Source of the DNA: a virus
Lineage: Duplodnaviria; Heunggongvirae; Uroviricota; Caudoviricetes
Direction: 5' to 3' (one strand)
DNA: 64,000 nt
IMG/VR virus record: IMGVR_UViG_3300035208_002606
Below are positions 48,859 through 55,434 of the stretch, piece by piece. Below the pieces are notes generated by a model. The model saw only the letters and a list, made by a program, of their open reading frames with translations. It was not told the DNA's origin and did not search any database. The translations under genes and the position numbers were made by a program. Within the stretch, counting starts at the first letter, position 1. Every line of letters begins with the position of its first letter.

Positions 48859-50314
48859 TCATATTGATTTGTTCGCGGGAATTGGGGGATTTTCTTATGC
48901 CGCCCGACAGATTTGGGGTGAGGAATATGAACCCGCATTCTTCTGCGAAATCGACAAGTACTGCCAAGCCGTACTCAGAAAAAATTTTGGAAAGGAGATA
49001 AAGATTTATGGGGACATTAGAAAAGTCACCAAAGAGAGATACCTTAGAGATATTGCCAACGCCAAGGGCATCCAAAACGACAAACGAGAACGAGGAAAAT
49101 TGGAAGAAGAGGCAAGCGGCAGGAAAGGTCTCGACTCCCCCTCTCGCTCTCGCCATTCAAATGTCCCGCCGCAAGAAAACCAAGACTTTAAAATTGACCT
49201 CCTTACCGCTGGCCCACCCTGCCAACCCGCATCTCAAGCAGGAAAGCGAGAAGGAGAGGAAGATGACCGTTGGCTCTGGGACGAAATGTTTAAAGTTATA
49301 CAAGACTTTAAACCGACATGGTGCATCGTTGAAAATGTTTACGGACTTCTTAGTCTCAAAAGGGGAGTGGTATTCGACTCGTTGTTCTCTAAGATGGAAA
49401 GCCTTGGTTACGAAGTCCAACCATTTGTTATTGGTGCAGTCGGCAAAAACGCTCCCCACAAAAGATACCGAGTCTGGTTTATTGCTCACGCCAAGGGCAA
49501 CGGAAGTGTTGGAAAGTCAGGAGGGGTTCGTCAACAGGAACAACGACAGGTCGATGAATTGCTATCCCAACTTGACAACGCAAATCAGCGGGATGCTGAC
49601 TACTCCGAATGTTCAGGACTCAAGGAATGTTCCTGCGGCGCTGAGGCCGAGCAGAATCGAGACGGGGAGAAAGACGGATTATCTCAGCCGCCAAATTGCA
49701 ATGGTTCCGACCCCGACAGGCACGGATTACAAGAGCAGAGGGCCGAACAGCAAACAGATGGGCGTGGACAATTTGATGAAAATGCTCCCGACCCCAAGCA
49801 CGAAGGATATGTCGGGCGGGGCAGTACAGGCAGAGGCAACGGAGACGGGATTCAAGAGGGTGAGCAAACAGGGCAAATCTCACGGGGCGCAACTTCACGA
49901 TGTGGTGAAGACCGTCTCGATGTTGGGAACTCCGAAGGAACAGGACAGTCGTGCGGCTTTGACGGACAGGGGCCGAAGCAATATGGGGGAGCAAGTGAAT
50001 CAGGCTTTGAAAGATGGGACAGAGGGTGGTATGAAGTTGCAACCAAACTTTGTAGAGTGGCTAATGGGCTTCCCGCAAAATTGGACGGACTTGAACTCAC
50101 CGCCTCCAAACACAGAGAAGAAAGATTGAGAGCGTTAGGAAATGCCGTAGTGCCGCCGTTGGTTGCCGAGTTTCTCAAGGCCATTAAAAAGGTCGAAGAG
50201 ATGAATTTGACGGACGAGCCAAAAGTGAAAAAAACGATTGAACACATAAATATAGATGAGAGTGGAGAAAAGTATTTCGTGACAAAGACACTAAAGAATT
50301 TTGGAGTGAAGTAA
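48839..50314 (+). CDS. C5 cytosine DNA methyltransferase, large (alpha) polypeptide
   Basis: Motifs I FAGIGG, II EID, III GDI, IV GPPCQ, VI ENV, VIII R.RVW, X LGNAV; motif IX not evident. Confidence 0.9.
   Translation: MPLKKFNHIDLFAGIGGFSYAARQIWGEEYEPAFFCEIDKYCQAVLRKNFGKEIKIYGDIRKVTKERYLRDIANAKGIQNDKRERGKLEEEASGRKGLDSPSRSRHSNVPPQENQDFKIDLLTAGPPCQPASQAGKREGEEDDRWLWDEMFKVIQDFKPTWCIVENVYGLLSLKRGVVFDSLFSKMESLGYEVQPFVIGAVGKNAPHKRYRVWFIAHAKGNGSVGKSGGVRQQEQRQVDELLSQLDNANQRDADYSECSGLKECSCGAEAEQNRDGEKDGLSQPPNCNGSDPDRHGLQEQRAEQQTDGRGQFDENAPDPKHEGYVGRGSTGRGNGDGIQEGEQTGQISRGATSRCGEDRLDVGNSEGTGQSCGFDGQGPKQYGGASESGFERWDRGWYEVATKLCRVANGLPAKLDGLELTASKHREERLRALGNAVVPPLVAEFLKAIKKVEEMNLTDEPKVKKTIEHINIDESGEKYFVTKTLKNFGVK
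49008..50129 (+). CDS. Nested +1-frame methyltransferase (beta) polypeptide carrying motif IX and (L/P)TP repeats (start uncertain)
   Basis: 373 open codons; repeated LPTP/LTTP/VPTP/LGTP units; LQPNFVEWLMGFPQNWT. Confidence 0.75.
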   Translation: MGTLEKSPKRDTLEILPTPRASKTTNENEENWKKRQAAGKVSTPPLALAIQMSRRKKTKTLKLTSLPLAHPANPHLKQESEKERKMTVGSGTKCLKLYKTLNRHGASLKMFTDFLVSKGEWYSTRCSLRWKALVTKSNHLLLVQSAKTLPTKDTESGLLLTPRATEVLESQEGFVNRNNDRSMNCYPNLTTQISGMLTTPNVQDSRNVPAALRPSRIETGRKTDYLSRQIAMVPTPTGTDYKSRGPNSKQMGVDNLMKMLPTPSTKDMSGGAVQAEATETGFKRVSKQGKSHGAQLHDVVKTVSMLGTPKEQDSRAALTDRGRSNMGEQVNQALKDGTEGGMKLQPNFVEWLMGFPQNWTDLNSPPPNTEKKD

Positions 50315-50553
50315 TGAAAAAATCAAAATATAACTATGTTATGTTTTTCACCTATGTAAAAGATAATAAAGAACATTTGGTGGGTCATATTATTTGCACG
50401 GAAGAAATTCCATCATTAGAGGGAATTGATTATAATAAAAAAGAAGTAATAGAAGATGCAAAATTAAATTTAACAATTGATGATTTAAGAGTCATTATGG
50501 TATCTAGTGAAATGATTTATCAAACTTATCATCATATGTTCGAGGGGAAATAA
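50314..50553 (+). CDS. Hypothetical protein
   Basis: TAATG-coupled. Confidence 0.5.
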   Translation: MKKSKYNYVMFFTYVKDNKEHLVGHIICTEEIPSLEGIDYNKKEVIEDAKLNLTIDDLRVIMVSSEMIYQTYHHMFEGK

Positions 50554-51023
50554 TGAGTATCGTGCTAGGGATTGACCCCGGAAATGTTCAATCGGCATTG
50601 GTCTTGCTAGACACCGAAACTCAGGAAATCCTGTATAAGGCCATTCTGCCGAACCTTGAATGTTTTCTAGCGTTCGAGCAGATGAAACCCGCTCCTGATA
50701 TTTGCGTAATCGAGCAAGTTGCAGGAATGGGAATGGTTGTTGGCGAAACTGTATTTGAAACTGCCGTGTGGAGCGGGAGGTTTTGGCAGATGTTGGATTC
50801 GTTAGGATATCGTGTGGATAGAATAAAACGAAATGAAATCAAAAATATTCTTTGCGGTTCAAGCAGGGCCAAGGATAAAAATATTCGTCAACGGCTGATA
50901 GATATTTACGGCGAACAGGGAACGAAGAAGAATCCCGGGAAGACATATCAGATTCGTGCCGATATGTGGGCTGCTTTGGCTGTTGCAACGGCGTGGGATA
51001 TAAAACAGAAGGAGAAGAAATGA
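50553..51023 (+). CDS. RuvC-like Holliday junction resolvase
   Basis: VLGIDPG, VIEQ, AKDK, ADMWAALAVA. Confidence 0.8.
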   Translation: MSIVLGIDPGNVQSALVLLDTETQEILYKAILPNLECFLAFEQMKPAPDICVIEQVAGMGMVVGETVFETAVWSGRFWQMLDSLGYRVDRIKRNEIKNILCGSSRAKDKNIRQRLIDIYGEQGTKKNPGKTYQIRADMWAALAVATAWDIKQKEKK

Positions 51024-51149
51024 TTGGTAAAATATTATGTTTCTTCGGTTTTCATAAGTGGTATTTGTGGCAACCTTATCCGAATCTTTATCCCGAAATA
51101 AAAATAAAAAGATGCTCTCGCTGTGACGATTTTTATGAGTGGAGATAAA

Positions 51150-51459
51150 AATGTTTAGCCTTAAACAAAAACAGTTCATTGCCGCAGAAATTGAGAAATT
51201 ACTTTTGAGCCTCAATCATCCTGAAATGCCAACATCAAAACCAAATTTTACCCTGCATGTCGATGGGAAAGAGGAATGGTCGTGGGCAGACATCAAGCCC
51301 AATTGGATATACGAAGGGGAATCTCAACAGCCATCAATAAACCCATTCAATGAAATGATTGCCAATCAAACCCCCGTGCCCCCCGATATTCAAAAAATAG
51401 TAAACGAGAACTTCATGAGCCTGATAACCAAAGATAGTGATTTAAAGGAGAAAAAATAA
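51150..51459 (+). CDS. Hypothetical protein (start approximate)
   Basis: ORF track 51139-51459; GGAG RBS before an internal ATG. Confidence 0.5.
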
Positions 51460-51460
51460 A

Positions 51461-51700
51461 ATGAAAGTTTTTTGTCAAAGTTGCAAACATTTTTGGTCAA
51501 GTACTTTTTGTGCCGCCCCATCTAATGTAAAAGATACTTGGTTTGGCCCAAATAGTGCTATGATATTAACCCCCGAAGAAAAAAACAAAAACAATGATTG
51601 TCCCGATTATATTGATAAGAAATTAGCGGAGAGGAAAGAACAACTACAAAAAGAGATTGAGATATGGAATAATAAAAAATGGTGGCAATTTTGGAAGTAA
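51461..51700 (+). CDS. Hypothetical Cys-rich protein with KKWWQFWK tail
   Basis: AAGGAG RBS. Confidence 0.55.
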   Translation: MKVFCQSCKHFWSSTFCAAPSNVKDTWFGPNSAMILTPEEKNKNNDCPDYIDKKLAERKEQLQKEIEIWNNKKWWQFWK

Positions 51701-51714
51701 GGAGAAGAAATAAA

Positions 51715-51957
51715 ATGAAAAAAAATGAAAAACAATTTGGAGAAAAATTGTATTCAAATTGGAAAAAGTGGCAAGAAGAAAATGCCGAAATAAGTAGAAA
51801 GGAACGCGCTGATATTGAAAAACTTGAGGGAAAAGAAAAACTATCGGCAGAAACTCAACAATTTTTAACCGAATTAAAGAGATTTCAAAAATTCATGAAA
51901 AAACAAGAAAAAATTGTCAATACTTTTTATGGTGAACCGAAAAAGGAGAAGAAATAA
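51715..51957 (+). CDS. Hypothetical protein
   Basis: AAGGAGAAGAAATAAAATG start. Confidence 0.55.
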   Translation: MKKNEKQFGEKLYSNWKKWQEENAEISRKERADIEKLEGKEKLSAETQQFLTELKRFQKFMKKQEKIVNTFYGEPKKEKK

Positions 51958-51958
51958 A

Positions 51959-52048
51959 ATGAAAAAGCGTTATTGGGTACTGTTGGGATTGGTTGCGATT
52001 GGCGGCTACTTGTATTGGAAAATCAATCAAGACCTGTTTGATTTTTAA
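51959..52048 (+). CDS. 29 aa single-TM peptide, absent from the ORF track
   Basis: Same RBS cassette; MKKRYWVLLGLVAIGGYLYWKINQDLFDF. Confidence 0.55.
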   Translation: MKKRYWVLLGLVAIGGYLYWKINQDLFDF

Positions 52049-52057
52049 GGAGCAATT

Positions 52058-52366
52058 ATGGATAACATTATAGAACAATTCGATAAATATTTGAAGTCAA
52101 ATGCATCAGAAGTCAAATTTATTTATTGCGGCATAATGACTTCTCCGGTGGAATTAGAATGGCTTGCCCATCAGTATAAAACAGATGTCACTCTCCCTGA
52201 TGAAAACATCACTCCCGATATTTTTCCCGTAATATTAGAAACGATGAATGATAAGTTTTCAGGAGAAGAAATAAAAATTTATCAAATATTCACTAAAAAA
52301 GCAGTAAGGGAAACCATGAATAATGTTGTGAATATACTTCATTTTCGTTTTGGAGTAAAGGAATAA
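52058..52366 (+). CDS. Hypothetical protein
   Basis: AAGGAG RBS. Confidence 0.55.
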   Translation: MDNIIEQFDKYLKSNASEVKFIYCGIMTSPVELEWLAHQYKTDVTLPDENITPDIFPVILETMNDKFSGEEIKIYQIFTKKAVRETMNNVVNILHFRFGVKE

Positions 52367-52382
52367 ATTTAGGAGTGATGAA

Positions 52383-52625
52383 ATGAAAGACATATTTTGG
52401 TGGGAACCAAAAATTTCGAAGCATAAAGCAATATGTTTACAGTTAAGTTGGGTGCAACCTAGACATATTGATTTTGGTTGTGAATTTGACTCTTCGTGGA
52501 AAGATGACCATGCAGGATTTGCCATCACGATAAGTCTGTTTAAGATTATGTTCCACTTTAACTTTTATGACATTCGCCATTGGGATGATGAAAAAGACCA
52601 ATGGGTAATATATGAGGAGAACTAA
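52383..52625 (+). CDS. Hypothetical protein
   Basis: AGGAG RBS; DHAG..FNFYD.RHWD. Confidence 0.55.
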   Translation: MKDIFWWEPKISKHKAICLQLSWVQPRHIDFGCEFDSSWKDDHAGFAITISLFKIMFHFNFYDIRHWDDEKDQWVIYEEN

Positions 52626-52626
52626 A

Positions 52627-53385
52627 ATGAACGAAAAACTGAAAGTATTTTTTAAGAAATTCATGACCTTCTTGGCGAACAATTGGATTGCTATTCTTAT
52701 CATTTTCGCCCTGTTGGGATTGAGCGGGATTACCAAAAGTTGTGCCGACAACAAACTCAGGAATGCCAACGCAAGGATTGCCGAGTTGGAAAAAGCAAAC
52801 AAAGATTTAGAGGCTCAACTTGCACAGAGTGCCGAGTCGCAAGACCTTCTTGACATTCAATTGAAGGAACTTTTGGCTGTTGTGGAATCATTGAAGAAGG
52901 ATAAGGAATCCCTAGAAAAAGACAAGGCTAAGATTGCCAAGAAGTACAAGGACTTGCAGGACAAGTTCGGACAACTTTCACAGGAACAGCAAGACCAACT
53001 TCTTATCGAGTTGATGGAGAAGTACAACATTCAGGCAGAGATTCGGGACAATATGCTCATCATCACGATGGAGGACAGAGGCAGACTCTACACCTTCATG
53101 ATTGATATTGACAAGGTGAAAGAGGATTTGGAAAATACCAACGAACTGCTTCTGAATTGCAGAGCGACAGTAACGGCAAAGGACGAAATCATCTCTAATA
53201 GGAACGCAACCATCGTACTGAAAGATAAGGATATTACGACACTAAAAACCGTGTTGAATAACAAGGACGAGATTATCAGGAAGTTGAACAACAAGGTTCT
53301 GTGGACGAAGGTTAAGTTCTTTGGAAGCAGGGCCATCCCTGCATTATTGGTGGGTTTAGTTGTCGGGTTCTTGGTGGGGAAGTAA
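52627..53385 (+). CDS. Coiled-coil membrane protein with N- and C-terminal hydrophobic segments
   Basis: TM..C, long heptad region, C-terminal ALLVGLVVGFLVG. Confidence 0.65.
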   Translation: MNEKLKVFFKKFMTFLANNWIAILIIFALLGLSGITKSCADNKLRNANARIAELEKANKDLEAQLAQSAESQDLLDIQLKELLAVVESLKKDKESLEKDKAKIAKKYKDLQDKFGQLSQEQQDQLLIELMEKYNIQAEIRDNMLIITMEDRGRLYTFMIDIDKVKEDLENTNELLLNCRATVTAKDEIISNRNATIVLKDKDITTLKTVLNNKDEIIRKLNNKVLWTKVKFFGSRAIPALLVGLVVGFLVGK

Positions 53386-53386
53386 A

Positions 53387-53662
53387 ATGAAATATAAACA
53401 ATTGGAAACTTTAGATTATACTAGTGAAGATAATTGTATGGGTGAAATAATTTTTAACGGGCAAACGAGTGGTTCATTTCGTAAAGCAAATTCAAAAGAA
53501 GGTTGGGTTGATACTTGGATTATTTATGGTTTAACAAAACAACATTTTCCAGATTTTCTTAAAGATGAAAATGGTAAATGTATAGTTGTTAGGTTATATG
53601 GCAAAGTAGAAATATTTGCCCTGGATAAACAAGGCAAAAGAATAGAAGAAAAGGAGGAATAA
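53387..53662 (+). CDS. Hypothetical protein
   Basis: Packed ORF. Confidence 0.5.
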   Translation: MKYKQLETLDYTSEDNCMGEIIFNGQTSGSFRKANSKEGWVDTWIIYGLTKQHFPDFLKDENGKCIVVRLYGKVEIFALDKQGKRIEEKEE

Positions 53663-53663
53663 T

Positions 53664-54008
53664 ATGTGTATAAGTAAAGAAATGGCAGGGAATTATCCAA
53701 AAGAAATGACAGGGAATTATCCATCTCACCCTTATGTGGGTGCAGAGGTAAAAAGACCCACTAATCAAAGGGATGAGAATGAAAAGATTTTGGCAGTATT
53801 AATGGAAATACAGAGTTTCTCTGCTAAGATTTTAGAAATGGCTGAGGATATGAAAGATTATTATTTAGGGGCGAGGCCCGAAAAGTCAGGGGAAGACGAG
53901 GTAATCAATCCTGCGCCGCGGAATGGCTTTTTCGACAAAATATTGAGTATTTCAAATGAGACTCAACGTAATTTGTCAGAGATTTGGGAAATATTGCATA
54001 AGATGTAA
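53664..54008 (+). CDS. Hypothetical protein with a 24 nt tandem duplication
   Basis: KEMAGNYP-KEMTGNYP. Confidence 0.5.
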   Translation: MCISKEMAGNYPKEMTGNYPSHPYVGAEVKRPTNQRDENEKILAVLMEIQSFSAKILEMAEDMKDYYLGARPEKSGEDEVINPAPRNGFFDKILSISNETQRNLSEIWEILHKM

Positions 54009-54032
54009 GGAGGATAACAAGGAAAAATAAAG

Positions 54033-54251
54033 ATGGAAATTAAAATCACCAATGCGAAAAAAATTAAAATAAAAGAAGGCGACCTTTTGGTCTTTGAAGT
54101 GGATGCTAAGTTGTCGCCTAAAAGGTTTATTGAATGGGCAGAAAAATTCACAAAGGGGATGGAAGAGTTATATCCAAATATCAAGGTTTTGGTTTTACCA
54201 AAAGAAGTACAACTAAAAACTATTCTTAATGCGGAAAAGTTGAAAAAATAA
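54033..54251 (+). CDS. Hypothetical protein
   Basis: RBS plus ORF. Confidence 0.5.
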   Translation: MEIKITNAKKIKIKEGDLLVFEVDAKLSPKRFIEWAEKFTKGMEELYPNIKVLVLPKEVQLKTILNAEKLKK

Positions 54252-54268
54252 TAACACAAGGAGACATA

Positions 54269-54343
54269 ATGGACGATATGGAATTGCTATCGATTGCGGA
54301 AAAACACTTTAACGGCGATGTCAACATTGCGAAAATTTGGTAA
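54269..54343 (+). pseudogene. Stranded 5' stub of the ribonucleotide reductase gene
   Basis: MDDMELLSIAEKHFNGDVNIAKIW* versus NrdJ start ..VADRFFDGDVNIAKIWY; has its own AAGGAG RBS. Confidence 0.85.
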
Positions 54344-54361
54344 CAAAATAAAACCAAAATG

Positions 54362-54457
54362 ATAAATACAGGTGAAGGACAGGGAGTCGCGACCTTTCTA
54401 AATGTCCTAGCATTTAGATTACTTCACTTGATTATTTTAACTCTAGGAGGTTAGAAG
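54362..54457 (+). promoter_or_regulatory. Endonuclease leader element copy 6
   Basis: ATAAATA; P1 aggtgaag/cttcactt; P3 tctaaatg/catttaga; loop tcctag pairs with ctagga. Confidence 0.8.
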
Positions 54458-55432
54458 ATGAATCGTGAAGAAATAAAGAAAAAAATTAAAGAAAAAATTT
54501 CTTTGTTGAAAAATGAAAGATTAGATGGTTTAGTTTTATCTTTAAAAAATAGAAATAAAAACATTTATAATTCCATTATCGAAGAAACAGAATATTTGGG
54601 TGAAGAATGCAAATTTATGGAAAGAATTTATCATATTACAAATGATTTAAAAGAACGGCCCAAATGTCTTATCTGCGGAAAAGAATTGCTATTTATTCGA
54701 TATAATGACGCTTATAGAAAATATTGTAATAAATGTTCCCAAAAATCAGAAGAAAGAAATAAAAAAATAAGTGAATCTAAATTAAATATGGGTGAAGAAA
54801 GAAAGAAAAAATTATATGTTGATATAACAAAAAAAAGAGTTCCTAAATATATAAAGACTTGGGAAAATAAACCATTAGCCGAAAAAATAAAAATTTGGGA
54901 CAAGCAACAAAAAACGAGAAACGATAAATCTCAGGAAGAAAAAAATATTATTTTAGAAAAAAACAGAAGGGGGGTTCATAAATATCAATCAAAACTAACA
55001 AATGAAGAGGTAATAAAAATATGTGATAAAATTGCACAGACTCGTATAAAAAATGGAATACATTCATCTTATGCTGCCTATTGTGGTTATTATAAAGAAA
55101 TTTATTTCCAAAGTTTATCTGAACTTATTTTTTTAATTTTCTGTTTTGACCATAATATTAAAATAGAAAGGGCAAAAATAATATCAAAATATTATAATTT
55201 AATAGACGACAAAAACCATCGTTATTATCCAGATTTTTATTTACCAGAAGTAGACCAATATATAGAAATTAAAGGGCGAGTTTTTCCCGATGATGAAATA
55301 AAATGGAAAACATTTCCATATAAATTGGATATTTATTTAGACCGTAGTGGGAAATTTAAAATATTAAAACAATATGTTGTTGGAAAATATGGAAAGTGTT
55401 TTTACAAAGAGCATATAAAAAAGGAGTTATAA
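54458..55432 (+). CDS. PD-(D/E)xK (TnsA-like) putative homing endonuclease
   Basis: FQSLSE, YYPDFYL...YIEIKG; N-terminal CLICG..YCNKC. Confidence 0.75.
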   Translation: MNREEIKKKIKEKISLLKNERLDGLVLSLKNRNKNIYNSIIEETEYLGEECKFMERIYHITNDLKERPKCLICGKELLFIRYNDAYRKYCNKCSQKSEERNKKISESKLNMGEERKKKLYVDITKKRVPKYIKTWENKPLAEKIKIWDKQQKTRNDKSQEEKNIILEKNRRGVHKYQSKLTNEEVIKICDKIAQTRIKNGIHSSYAAYCGYYKEIYFQSLSELIFLIFCFDHNIKIERAKIISKYYNLIDDKNHRYYPDFYLPEVDQYIEIKGRVFPDDEIKWKTFPYKLDIYLDRSGKFKILKQYVVGKYGKCFYKEHIKKEL

Positions 55433-55434
55433 AT

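Noticed and set aside
54344-55434. Group I intron in nrdJ (and at the MTase)
   Set aside because: There is no room for or sign of an intron core, the downstream gene has its own RBS and complete N-terminus, and the stub ends in a stop
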